Below are positions 1 through 8,382 of a DNA stretch of 36,645 bases, in pieces (position 1 is the stretch's first letter; each line of letters starts with the position of its first letter). The translations under genes were made by a program, and so were the position numbers. The stretch is from Gammaproteobacteria bacterium (GTDB lineage: Bacteria; Pseudomonadota; Gammaproteobacteria; Methylococcales; UBA2780): the NCBI GenBank assembly GCA_003646305.1, contig QNFJ01000002.1, positions 1 to 36,645 of the forward strand. The letters are read 5' to 3'. Below the pieces are notes generated by a model. It was not told where the DNA came from, did no database searches, and worked only from the letters and a program-made list of their open reading frames with translations.

Positions 1-345
1 GGGCAGTTATACAATCTCACGCTACAGGATGAGTGCCAACTTTTCAGTGGTGACTGTATTCTCAAGTCGGGTGATTTGCTGATCAATATTACCGATGAAA
101 AAGGCACCACAAGGGTCAATACCAGCTTCCCTGTGGACAAAGTTGCGCTTTCTATCGTCTCAGCCGATAACAAAGAAATTATTTATGAATTAAACAAAGC
201 TGAAAGCTTTCAATATTGGCAACGAGAAACCACTCTCCGCACCACACACCTTGATCAGACGTCATTCAAAAACCTTCGTATTATGGTGAAAATAAAAGGT
301 GATCTTTATCTATCTGAGCTGAGTGCCTCGGTGATTAAGAGATAG
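1..345 (+). CDS. 3' end of a gene starting upstream of the window; hypothetical protein
   Basis: Frame 1 is open from base 1 (GQLYNLTLQDECQLFSGDCILKSGD...) and continues into the listed 76..345 ORF. Stop is TAG at 343-345. No motif I recognise. Confidence 0.5.
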   Translation, partial: GQLYNLTLQDECQLFSGDCILKSGDLLINITDEKGTTRVNTSFPVDKVALSIVSADNKEIIYELNKAESFQYWQRETTLRTTHLDQTSFKNLRIMVKIKGDLYLSELSASVIKR

Positions 346-413
346 GTTGGACTTCAATCCAACATAATTACGTGATTTTAAGCCTGTTGCTGTCGGACTA
401 AAGTCCAACCTAC
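342..413. repeat. REP doublet (REPIN/BIME-like): two inverted 22-nt palindromic units
   Basis: Unit A, 342-363, is ATAGGTTGGACTTCAATCCAAC. The reverse complement of 392-413 is GTAGGTTGGACTTTAGTCCGAC, 18/22 identical. Each unit is its own hairpin and carries a GTAG-type head. The outer 11-nt arms AGGTTGGACTT (344-354) and AAGTCCAACCT (401-411) are perfectly complementary. Confidence 0.5.
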
Positions 414-452
414 AGCCAATCATAGACCCGTTAACCCATTAGCGACAATGAA

Positions 453-2297
453 ATGGATCCAGAACTAAAAGAAATATACGACTTTATTGGGGCAATCCCC
501 CCCTTTGATCAACTCCCCTCTGAGGAACTCGAGCGGTTGATTCCAAAAGTGACCATTCGTTACCTTCGTACAGGAGCCGACTTATGCCCAGAAGGTGGTT
601 TGGAGGAAAAAATATATCTGGTCCGCAAAGGTGCGCTCTCTCTGTTATCAGTCAACGGTCAACTGATAGAGAAATTCGGGGAAAGCGATATTTATGCTTT
701 CTGTGAGCAAAATGAAGCTGACCGGCTGGTAACTCAGGTGACAGAAGATAGTTTACTTTACACATTACCGTTAACCACAACAGAAAGGCTGAAAGAACAC
801 TACCCTGCCGTTAACAGTTTTTTTGATAAATCTGCTTCACAACGACTTAACCAAATAGTCAAAGAAAAGAGCAAAGAGGCGATTATCAATTCAACATTGA
901 TGGACAGTACCATTGCTGAACTGTTTAATGAGCCCGCAACGACTATCGAATCTGATCAGAGTATTTCTGATGCAGCAAAAAAGATGACCGCACTCAACCA
1001 CTCCGCCCTGCTTGTTATGGAGGGCAGCAAACTGGTTGGAATTGTCACAGACAAAGACCTAAGGAAACGTTGTTTGGCAACAGGACTTTCTCCTGACAGG
1101 CCGGTCACCAGCATCATGACCGCAGAACCTAAATGTGTCACCATTAATCACAATGCGTTTGATACCTTAATGTTGATGCACCAAAAGGGCTTTCATCACC
1201 TGCCTGTTATCCGCAATGGCGCCGTTGCCGGCATGATTACTGTCACCGACTTAATGCATCAGGAAAGTGAGAATAGTAGCCACCTGACAGGCCTTGTTCA
1301 TAAAGCAAAAACCGTTGAAGAGCTGATTGAGGCAAGCAAGTTGCTCCCTCAAATACAGGTAAAACTCACCCGTTTAGGTGCCAGCGCAGAGCATCTTGGA
1401 AAATCTGTTTCTGCAATCACCACAGCTATCACCTGCCGCCTAATTGAACTGGCTGAAGAGAAGCTTGGCCCTGCACCTGTCCCTTATCTCTGGGTTGCCG
1501 CTGGCTCTCACGCACGGCAAGAGCAGTCCTCTCACTCTGATCAGGATAATGGCCTCATTATCTCCGATAAAATGAAACCAGAAGATGATGCCTGGTTTAA
1601 AGCGCTGGCAATATTTGTCACTGATGGGCTGAATAGCTGCGGTTATGTCTACTGCCCGGGAGAGGTGATGGCAACCAATCCAAAATGGCGACAACCCGTC
1701 TCGGTTTGGAGAAGCTATTTTGACAGTTGGGTTGAGACACCAGAACCAATGGCTTTGATGTACAGCAGCATCTTCTTTGATCTTTTCGCTGTCTATGGTG
1801 AAAGTGCATTTCTAACAGAAATCCGCATCAGCACACTTAATAAAACGCGGAAAAGCACACTCTTTTTGGCCCTGCTTTCACGAAATGCCCTTAAACTAGC
1901 GCCTCCGTTAGGTTTCTTCCGAGATTTTGTTTTGGAAAGCAGCGGTGACCATAAAGACACGCTTGATCTCAAACATAATGGCATTGCCCCCATTGTTGAC
2001 CTTGCCAGAATTTATGCCCTGTCAGAAGGAATCTACTCGGTAAACACCATTAACCGACTCAGAGCCGCTGCCGGCACCCCTTCTCTCAGCAAGGAGGCTT
2101 CAGAAGAGCTAATCGATGCGCTTGAATTTCTCGGAACGCTTCGTATTGAACACCAGGCAAAACAGATCAAAAACAATCAGCAGCCTGATAACTACCTCTC
2201 CCCAAATGCACTTTCCAAATTAGAGCGAGAGCACCTTAAAGATGCCTTTAAAGTGATTCGTTCAATGCAGAAAGTGATTCAGTCTCGCTATAACTAG
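453..2297 (+). CDS. Signal-sensing nucleotidyltransferase: cNMP-binding-like domain + CBS pair + DUF294 (Pol-beta/GlnD-like) NTase + DUF294_C
   Basis: N-terminal cNMP-like fold (FGESDIYAF). Two CBS motifs (LLVMEGSKLVGIVTDKDL; HHLPVIRNGAVAGMITVTDL). NTase signature GS-x10-DQD (GS at 1503-1508, DQD at 1539-1547). 614-aa uninterrupted ORF. Confidence 0.8.
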   Translation: MDPELKEIYDFIGAIPPFDQLPSEELERLIPKVTIRYLRTGADLCPEGGLEEKIYLVRKGALSLLSVNGQLIEKFGESDIYAFCEQNEADRLVTQVTEDSLLYTLPLTTTERLKEHYPAVNSFFDKSASQRLNQIVKEKSKEAIINSTLMDSTIAELFNEPATTIESDQSISDAAKKMTALNHSALLVMEGSKLVGIVTDKDLRKRCLATGLSPDRPVTSIMTAEPKCVTINHNAFDTLMLMHQKGFHHLPVIRNGAVAGMITVTDLMHQESENSSHLTGLVHKAKTVEELIEASKLLPQIQVKLTRLGASAEHLGKSVSAITTAITCRLIELAEEKLGPAPVPYLWVAAGSHARQEQSSHSDQDNGLIISDKMKPEDDAWFKALAIFVTDGLNSCGYVYCPGEVMATNPKWRQPVSVWRSYFDSWVETPEPMALMYSSIFFDLFAVYGESAFLTEIRISTLNKTRKSTLFLALLSRNALKLAPPLGFFRDFVLESSGDHKDTLDLKHNGIAPIVDLARIYALSEGIYSVNTINRLRAAAGTPSLSKEASEELIDALEFLGTLRIEHQAKQIKNNQQPDNYLSPNALSKLEREHLKDAFKVIRSMQKVIQSRYN

Positions 2298-2312
2298 CTG
2301 ATTAATACAGCC

Positions 2313-2996
2313 ATGTTCAGTCAACTATTCGGTCTAGAGGCTCAGCGGAAACGACTTCTTAAAAAAGCACCAGAGGGCGCGTTAAGAGACTTTCTATCGG
2401 TCCCTTTTCCTGAACTCGACACACCCATAAATAAGACACCCATATTGGCGGTTGATTTTGAAACAACTGGACTCAATATCAAAAAAGACAAAATACTCAG
2501 CGTCGGTTTTATCAGTATGGAGAATAATGAAATCCTCCTATCGACAGCCTACCATCGAGTTATCTATCTTAAAGAGGATTTAACCGAAGAGAACGTCATT
2601 ATTCATCAAATTATGGATAGTGCCAGAGAACAGGGTGATTCATTGGAAGCGGTTATTTCCGAACTACTCAAAGCACTTGCGGGAAAAGTAATGCTTGTAC
2701 ACTACGCACGAATTGAAAAGAATTTTCTGGAACGTGCCTGCAAAAAACTTTATGGAGTAGCGCCTGTTTTCCCCATTATTGACACACTCGTTGTCGCAAA
2801 GAACCGATTAGATAAACAGGGGTCGTACAAGCCCGCTGAGCTTCGTCTATCTAACCTGCGAGATAGTCATAAACTGCCCGCTCACTACGCCCACAACGCT
2901 CTCAATGATGCGCTAGCAACAGCTGAAGTTTTAATGGCCGAAGTTGAACTCATAAGATGCGACTATCCATTGCCCTTAAAAAAACTACTTATCTAG
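2313..2996 (+). CDS. DnaQ/epsilon-like DEDDh 3'-5' exonuclease
   Basis: Exo I is AVDFETTGL and Exo III is HNALNDALATAEV. The Exo II-like motif HYARIEKNFL has Glu at the usual Asp position. Starts 15 nt after the upstream NTase gene, so likely co-transcribed. Confidence 0.8.
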   Translation: MFSQLFGLEAQRKRLLKKAPEGALRDFLSVPFPELDTPINKTPILAVDFETTGLNIKKDKILSVGFISMENNEILLSTAYHRVIYLKEDLTEENVIIHQIMDSAREQGDSLEAVISELLKALAGKVMLVHYARIEKNFLERACKKLYGVAPVFPIIDTLVVAKNRLDKQGSYKPAELRLSNLRDSHKLPAHYAHNALNDALATAEVLMAEVELIRCDYPLPLKKLLI

Positions 2997-3073
2997 AACA
3001 CATTCCGCCAATTCTATTGGAAAACATCACACTCTTTGCTACTCTCAACCGATTCAGTTGAAAGGTTTTTCCC

Positions 3074-3883
3074 GTGTCCGATTCCGACTCACCAGAAGAT
3101 AGAGCAACTGCCGAATCTAACCAGAAAGTACTTTTGGCGCAACTTGCCAAACTCGCTCCTAGTGGTCAAAAAGCGCTTTTTGAAAAATTAATTGCTCAAA
3201 GCCAGTTCTATTTTGCATTAACCGGTCAACTACAAAAAGAGCCGCTTGACCCTCCAGAACAGGCAAAGCAGGTGGGCTCTGAAAAGGGGTGGGACGTTCT
3301 TCAAGCACTATTTGGTGGTCACTCCCTTTTTAGTCAACAGACGGACATCCCTCTTACGACCTCACCCGAACTATCCAGGCTCCTAGGACTTCCTGATATT
3401 GAGGGAGTCAAAAAACAGGCTAAACTGTTTTCTGAGTTAGCAAAAAAAGCAGCGCAATTGCAATCGGCTCAAAAAAAGCTGACCCCTTTCTTTAAAGAAC
3501 TCAACAAACTGGCACTAAAGCAGTTCAGTGATAGAAAGAGCGATTCCCAAGATGCCAACGAACTCTATTCACTCTGGATTGAGTGTGGAGAGCAGGCTTT
3601 CGCTAAAGTGAGTCAATATAATCAATATATTGAATCTCAGACTGAGCTTCTAAACTCACTGACCGGCATGGATGCCTTAAGAAAAAAGGTGGCTCAATCA
3701 GCACTTCAGCAGTCAGGACTTTCAAGCCATCATGAAATGGAAACCGTCCAGCGGAGTCTTCATGCGCTAAAACGCGAGTTTAGACGAAAGAGCCGGCAAC
3801 AAGAGCAAGAAATAGCGGGACTAAAAAAGGAAATCCTCTCTCTGAAAAGAAAGCAGCCGTCTAAATCGAGCCTAAAAAAATGA
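3074..3883 (+). CDS. phaE: Class III PHA synthase subunit PhaE (short form)
   Basis: GTG start with GAAAGG Shine-Dalgarno. Its stop overlaps the phaC start (ATGA at 3880-3883). C-terminal coiled-coil and a LWIECGEQAF segment resemble PhaE. The call rests mainly on position and coupling to class III phaC. Confidence 0.6.
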   Translation: MSDSDSPEDRATAESNQKVLLAQLAKLAPSGQKALFEKLIAQSQFYFALTGQLQKEPLDPPEQAKQVGSEKGWDVLQALFGGHSLFSQQTDIPLTTSPELSRLLGLPDIEGVKKQAKLFSELAKKAAQLQSAQKKLTPFFKELNKLALKQFSDRKSDSQDANELYSLWIECGEQAFAKVSQYNQYIESQTELLNSLTGMDALRKKVAQSALQQSGLSSHHEMETVQRSLHALKREFRRKSRQQEQEIAGLKKEILSLKRKQPSKSSLKK

Positions 3884-4917
3884 GTACAAAAGAGCAATCT
3901 GAACTCGATAATTTTGTTGCACAGCTCAGAAAAGGGGCTGCTCTGTTAAAAGAGATTCCACCTATTAACGTCGGCACTACCCCGAAAGAGCTGGTCTATC
4001 AGGAGGACAAACTCCAGCTATTCCATTATCTCTCTGAAAAGCCGGGCATTCCCGTTCTAATCATCTATTCACTGGTTAACCGGCCTTATATAGCCGACCT
4101 GCAACCCGACCGTTCATTCATCAAAACCTTGCAGAGTGAGGGGCTGGATGTATACCTTATTGACTGGGGTTATCCCGATGCGGCTGACCGATTTACCAAT
4201 CTTGATGATTACCTAAATGATTACACCGATCGTTGTGTTGATGAGGTCGCGCGCCTGACAAAAAAGCGTAAAGTTAACCTTATTGGGATCTGTCAGGGAG
4301 GCACGATGGCGCTTTGCTACGCGGCACTTCACCCCAAAAAAGTTGGCAGTCTGACCTTGCTGGTTTCACCCGTTGACTTTCATACCCGCGATAACCTTTT
4401 AACCCCCTGGCTCACCAACATCCAGGTTGAAACAATCATAGAAAATAACGGTAATTTCCCCGGTGAGGCATTGGCCTTTTTATTCCGCTCACTAAAACCC
4501 TTCCAGCTCAATCGCAAAAAGTACGTTGACCTGATTGATTCTCTCGATAACCGCGAGAAGCTTGAGAATTTCTTAAGAATGGAGCGTTGGATAAACGATA
4601 GTCCCGATCTGGCAGGGGAGGCCTTTCTGGAATTTAACCGGGATTTTTTTGTCGAGAATAAGCTCATATCTGGGCAACTAAAGATAGGTCATCAAGAGGT
4701 CAACACTCAGGCAATCAATTGCCCAATTCTAAATGTTTACGCACAGCAGGACCACTTAGTCCCACCTGATTCATCAAAAGCACTTAAGAAAATTGTACCT
4801 GAGAAAAACTATACCGAGATTGAGGCGCCGGGCGGCCATATCGGTCTCTTTGTAAGCGGAAAGTCGCTTAAGACCATCCCAAAGAAAATTGCAGGCTGGC
4901 TCAAAAAGAGCGGGTAA
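3880..4917 (+). CDS. phaC: Class III poly(R)-hydroxyalkanoate synthase catalytic subunit PhaC
   Basis: 345 aa, the class III size. Lipase-box variant GICQGG with catalytic Cys. Long collinear similarity to recalled Allochromatium vinosum PhaC (VNRPYI.D, YLIDWGYPD, DDY...Y.DRCVD, FLRMERWI.DSPD.AGE, QDHLVPPD, GGHIG). Confidence 0.9.
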   Translation: MSTKEQSELDNFVAQLRKGAALLKEIPPINVGTTPKELVYQEDKLQLFHYLSEKPGIPVLIIYSLVNRPYIADLQPDRSFIKTLQSEGLDVYLIDWGYPDAADRFTNLDDYLNDYTDRCVDEVARLTKKRKVNLIGICQGGTMALCYAALHPKKVGSLTLLVSPVDFHTRDNLLTPWLTNIQVETIIENNGNFPGEALAFLFRSLKPFQLNRKKYVDLIDSLDNREKLENFLRMERWINDSPDLAGEAFLEFNRDFFVENKLISGQLKIGHQEVNTQAINCPILNVYAQQDHLVPPDSSKALKKIVPEKNYTEIEAPGGHIGLFVSGKSLKTIPKKIAGWLKKSG

Positions 4918-4919
4918 CT

Positions 4920-5171
4920 CTATTTTTTGGTGGCACTCGCCATCTGCCCCATCATTGCGTCCCAAAAGCTCTTTTGTACCCCTTCAAGTGACTGAATATT
5001 TTCGGGCATAAACTGCGACATCATTTTTGTCACATCAAGGCTATCGATATTTTCCAGCATTTTCTCGCGCATTTTCTTGAGCATTTCCTCTTGAATAACT
5101 TCAATATGAGGCAGGCCGAAAAAGGTTCTTAATTCCTGAGGGGTTGCATCAACTTCAATATTTATTTTCAT
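4920..5171 (-). CDS. Small (83 aa) helical hypothetical protein, convergent on phaC
   Basis: Uninterrupted ORF with plausible composition (Met/Glu/Lys-rich, no Cys). Its stop codon lies 2 nt from the phaC stop. No recognised motif, so coding status is not certain. Confidence 0.45.
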   Translation of the reverse strand: MKINIEVDATPQELRTFFGLPHIEVIQEEMLKKMREKMLENIDSLDVTKMMSQFMPENIQSLEGVQKSFWDAMMGQMASATKK

Positions 5172-5225
5172 AAACTTGTCCCGCTTTTTGTTTTTTAGGC
5201 TTAAATGAAAGATAGCACATATTAT

Positions 5226-5933
5226 TCAGTCAATCATTACCGGCACTTCCCTGACCAGCTTCACTTCATAGCTTGTAACTTCTGCGCAATAGGCCAATGC
5301 TTCCACGCCTGACTTTATCGCTTCGGACAGTGTTTCTGCATACAGTGGGTCAATTTCGTTTGCGGGGCGGAAGTTCATTACATCAGAACGCTGTATACAA
5401 TAAAAGATGACCGCTCGCTGCCCTTGCCTCACCATCTCTGCCAGTTCACGAAGATGCTTTGTTCCTCTCTCGGTTACCGCATCAGGAAACAGTGCCGTCT
5501 CTCCTTCTACAAGTGTCACATTCTTCACTTCAACATAACAATCCGAGACTGAAGTTGATTCTAACAATAGGTCAATACGACTCTTCTCTTTACCGTATCG
5601 AACTTCTCGCCGAATCGAGCTGTAACCGGACAGAGAGGTTATCAACTCATTAGTAATTGCCTCCTCCACCAGCTTGTTGCTCAATAAAGTATTGATACCA
5701 ACCAGAACACCCGGCTTAACCTCAACAAGCTCCCAGGAAAGTGGGTATTTCCGTTTCGGGTTATCGGAACGGCTCAACCAAACTCGGCTTCCGGGTTCAC
5801 TACAGCCTGTCATTGAGCCTGTATTGGCTGTATGTACCGTTACAATTTCACCACAGCTTAACTCAACATCCGCCAGGAAACGTTTATAGCGCCGAAGCAA
5901 TGTACCTTCTATTAATTTTCCCGAAAATTTCAT
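5226..5933 (-). CDS. sfsA: Sugar fermentation stimulation protein A (SfsA, nuclease-fold)
   Basis: MKFSGKLIEGTLLRRYKRFLADVEL...HTANTGSM aligns from residue 1 with recalled E. coli SfsA. I therefore prefer the internal ATG at 5933 over the listed ORF start at 5990. Confidence 0.85.
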   Translation of the reverse strand: MKFSGKLIEGTLLRRYKRFLADVELSCGEIVTVHTANTGSMTGCSEPGSRVWLSRSDNPKRKYPLSWELVEVKPGVLVGINTLLSNKLVEEAITNELITSLSGYSSIRREVRYGKEKSRIDLLLESTSVSDCYVEVKNVTLVEGETALFPDAVTERGTKHLRELAEMVRQGQRAVIFYCIQRSDVMNFRPANEIDPLYAETLSEAIKSGVEALAYCAEVTSYEVKLVREVPVMID

Positions 5934-6052
5934 CCGCTCAGCTCTTTCATAAAGTGCCAATTTTAACGCCTTCCACACCGTATTATTCAATCACCTTGAG
6001 ATAAAGGTTTCTCGCTGTTAAATTCAAATCGATTTGACCACGTGAGAGAAAA

Positions 6053-7165
6053 ATGAGAATAGGCCTGCCCAAAGAGATCAAAGACAGTGAGAACCGTGTT
6101 TCGATAACGCCAGAAGGTGTTCGCCAATTAACTCAGAAGGGTCATATCGTTAATGTTGAACATAATGCAGGTTGCGGATCAGGCTTTTCTGACAACGCCT
6201 ATATCGAGGCTAATGCCTCAATCACTTCAGCGGAGTCTGCCTGGAATAGTGACCTCGTGGTTAAGGTCAAAGAGCCACTCGACTCGGAGTACCGTTTTTT
6301 GAGCGGCCAGATGCTCTTCACCTATTTTCACCTCGCGGGTGGCGAGCTGGCGCTAACAGAAACTTTGCTGAACTCCCGGACAACGGCGATCGCTTACGAA
6401 ACACTCGAAGATAACCATGGACGCCTCCCTTTATTGGCCCCGATGAGTGCCGTAGCTGGGAATATGGCCACTCTGATGGGCGCGTACTACCTGGCTCGCT
6501 TTAACGGCGGCAAAGGCATTCAGATTGGCCAGGTAATGGGAAGACCACAGGGGAAGGTGCTGATTATCGGAGATGGTGTCGTTGGACAACACGCTGCTCG
6601 TGTAGCTACCGGGATGGGAGCTGTTGTCCAAATGCTTGGTAACAAAGCTGAAAGAGCCGAGCAGTTACAGAAAAAAATCTCTACAAAGATTAACTACCAG
6701 TTATCGTCAAAAGAGGTTATCTCTCAAAATCTCAGCGATACTGATCTGCTCATCGGCGCGGTTCTCAGCCCAGGCAAGCAGGCGCCCCACTTAGTGACTG
6801 AAGAGATGGTCAAAAAGATGCAACCCGGCTCTGTTATTGTCGATGTGAGTATCGATCAGGGAGGCTGCATAGAGACATCTCGCCCGACCTCTCACTCGAG
6901 TCCCACCTTTATCAAACACGGCATTATTCATTACTGTGTCACTAATATGCCAGGGGCTTACCCCAGAACATCAACACTTGCGCTAACCGAGGCAACACTA
7001 CCTTACTTAACGCAACTGGCTGATGGTGGAATTGAAAGTTTCATCAATAACAGTGGCGCAATAAAGGCAATCAATACATTAAAAGGCCACCTTTGTTGCT
7101 ATGAGGTTGCCGAAGCATTTAGCCTTGAGAAACAGTTCAAAAAAGCAACGGAGCTGTTGCAATAG
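6053..7165 (+). CDS. ald: Alanine dehydrogenase
   Basis: MRIGLPKEIKDSENRVSITPEGV, KVKEPL, FTYFHLA, AIAYET, PLLAPMSAVAG, GKVLIIGDGVVG, PGSVIVDVSIDQGG and NMPGAYPRTST are collinear with recalled Bacillus/Mycobacterium Ald. Confidence 0.92.
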   Translation: MRIGLPKEIKDSENRVSITPEGVRQLTQKGHIVNVEHNAGCGSGFSDNAYIEANASITSAESAWNSDLVVKVKEPLDSEYRFLSGQMLFTYFHLAGGELALTETLLNSRTTAIAYETLEDNHGRLPLLAPMSAVAGNMATLMGAYYLARFNGGKGIQIGQVMGRPQGKVLIIGDGVVGQHAARVATGMGAVVQMLGNKAERAEQLQKKISTKINYQLSSKEVISQNLSDTDLLIGAVLSPGKQAPHLVTEEMVKKMQPGSVIVDVSIDQGGCIETSRPTSHSSPTFIKHGIIHYCVTNMPGAYPRTSTLALTEATLPYLTQLADGGIESFINNSGAIKAINTLKGHLCCYEVAEAFSLEKQFKKATELLQ

Positions 7166-7175
7166 AGTAATCGAG

Positions 7176-7913
7176 CTACTTCATTAAAAAGCCACGTTTC
7201 CTCAAAAACTCTCGCATATGGGGGCGAGATTCTTTCCCGACCAGTGCTTTCATCTCCTCACTCCAACAACTATCCTTTTTGCCACCTGTACGTGATTTGT
7301 AATAACTTCGGATCTGTTCATCATAAATTTTGATTCCAGCGACATCACCAGCATCTTGATAACTATCTTCTTTTAAAACTACGGATAGAGGCAGGCGTGG
7401 TTTAACATCAGGGTCCTGGTCAGGATACCCAAGACACAAACCAAACAGAGGGTAAACCTGATCTGGCAAATCAAGAAGTTCTGAAACAGCCTGCGGGTTA
7501 TTTCGAATACCACCGATATAACAGATACCCAGACCCAACGATTCTGCCGCTACCACGCAGTTTTGCGCCATCAACGCAACATCGACCGTGGCAATCATAA
7601 AATGCTCTGTCATACCCTCACTAAAGCTACCACTCTGCATCTCACAAGCAATCTGCGACCGATGTAAGTCAGCACAAAATACCAAGAAAGCCCCCGCACG
7701 ATGAACATAGCCCTGCCCACCCGCTAACTCCGCAAGTTTTTCACGTTTACCGCTATCGCGAACTCGAATAACGGTTGTTGCCTGTATATTGCTCGATGTA
7801 GCCGCTGCTTGCCCACATAAAATAATTTCATTAATCAGCTCATCACTGACCGGCTCACTGGTAAATTTCCGAATAGAGCGATGTGATTTCAGTAGATTGG
7901 TGACTTCGTTCAT
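7176..7913 (-). CDS. nfsA: Oxygen-insensitive NADPH nitroreductase (NfsA family)
   Basis: LLKSHRSIRKFT, VFCADLHR, AAESLGLGICYIGGIRNN, PLFGLCLGYPDQDPDVKPRLP and KESRP are collinear with recalled E. coli NfsA. The ATG at 7913 (MNEVTNLL) fits better than the listed 7946 start. Confidence 0.85.
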   Translation of the reverse strand: MNEVTNLLKSHRSIRKFTSEPVSDELINEIILCGQAAATSSNIQATTVIRVRDSGKREKLAELAGGQGYVHRAGAFLVFCADLHRSQIACEMQSGSFSEGMTEHFMIATVDVALMAQNCVVAAESLGLGICYIGGIRNNPQAVSELLDLPDQVYPLFGLCLGYPDQDPDVKPRLPLSVVLKEDSYQDAGDVAGIKIYDEQIRSYYKSRTGGKKDSCWSEEMKALVGKESRPHMREFLRKRGFLMK

Positions 7914-8032
7914 AAAATATTTTCCTGTGAAAAAGCAGTGCCGCACAAGCAGGTTTTGATGCTGCTAACCGTACCGCCAAAATGGCGATATTTCAACAAA
8001 CCTTCTTGACCATTGCATAGAAAACAAGCAAT

Positions 8033-8068
8033 AAAAAAACCTCGCAGCTATCGGGCTTACGAGGCTTT
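8033..8068 (-). terminator. Rho-independent terminator after tRNA-Cys
   Basis: The minus strand reads GCCTCG...CGAGGT (imperfect extended hairpin) followed by TTTTTTT (plus-strand A-run 8033-8039). Confidence 0.6.
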
Positions 8069-8092
8069 ATTGTATCTCTTTGGATCGTCCTT

Positions 8093-8166
8093 TGGAGGCT
8101 GAGGCCGGAATCGAACCGGCGTACACGGCTTTGCAGGCCGCTGCATAACCACTCTGCCACTCAGCC
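8093..8166 (-). tRNA. tRNA-Cys (GCA)
   Basis: Minus strand: GGCTGAGTGGCAGAGTGGTTATGCAGCGGCCTGCAAAGCCGTGTACGCCGGTTCGATTCCGGCCTCAGCCTCCA. 7-bp acceptor stem, anticodon loop CTGCAAA, T-loop GGTTCGATTCC, U73 discriminator, encoded CCA. Confidence 0.93.
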
Positions 8167-8214
8167 GGTGGACTAAACGCAAAAAGCCGCGTTTTTTACA
8201 CGGCCTTTTAAACT

Positions 8215-8290
8215 TGGAGCGGGAAACGAGATTCGAACTCGCGACCCCAACCTTGGCAAGGTTGTGCTCTACCAGCTGAGCTATTCCCGC
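8215..8290 (-). tRNA. tRNA-Gly (GCC)
   Basis: Minus strand: GCGGGAATAGCTCAGCTGGTAGAGCACAACCTTGCCAAGGTTGGGGTCGCGAGTTCGAATCTCGTTTCCCGCTCCA. Nearly identical to recalled E. coli tRNA-Gly(GCC). Anticodon loop TTGCCAA. Confidence 0.95.
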
Positions 8291-8305
8291 TTAAGTGAAC
8301 CGACA

Positions 8306-8333
8306 ATTGTATATTGAGTAGGAATTCTGTCAA
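8306..8333 (-). promoter_or_regulatory. Sigma-70 promoter for the tRNA-Gly/tRNA-Cys unit
   Basis: The minus strand has TTGACA (8333-8328), a 16-nt spacer, then TACAAT (8311-8306), about 15 nt upstream of the tRNA-Gly 5' end. Confidence 0.5.
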
Positions 8334-8382
8334 GCTAAATATGATTATAAGTGCCTTTTTGTCGTTACAAAAAAGCCTATAC

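Noticed and set aside
4931-4947. TGGCAC hexamer that could be a sigma-54 -24 element
   Set aside because: The sequence is TGGCAC-TCGCC-ATCTGC, so the -12 TTGC is missing and the GG-to-GC spacing is wrong. It also lies inside the 83-aa ORF, pointing at nothing.
5934-5990. N-terminal extensions in the ORF track for sfsA (19 aa), nfsA (11 aa, 7914-7946), the DUF4124 protein (7 aa, 35243-35263), and the TTG codons immediately preceding the ATG of pnp and of the activator
   Set aside because: Comparison with recalled homologue N-termini and the position of Shine-Dalgarno sequences favours the internal ATG in each case.
5226-8166. Possible genomic island inserted next to tRNA-Cys (sfsA, ald, nfsA lie downstream of the tRNA genes)
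   Set aside because: There is no integrase, no recognisable direct repeat of the tRNA 3' end, and no mobility genes. The genes are ordinary metabolic ones.
8181-8210. Imperfect hairpin (AAGCCGCG...CACGGCCTT) in the tRNA-Gly/tRNA-Cys spacer
   Set aside because: The stem is short and mismatched. It is most likely just part of the precursor-processing spacer, not a separate feature.
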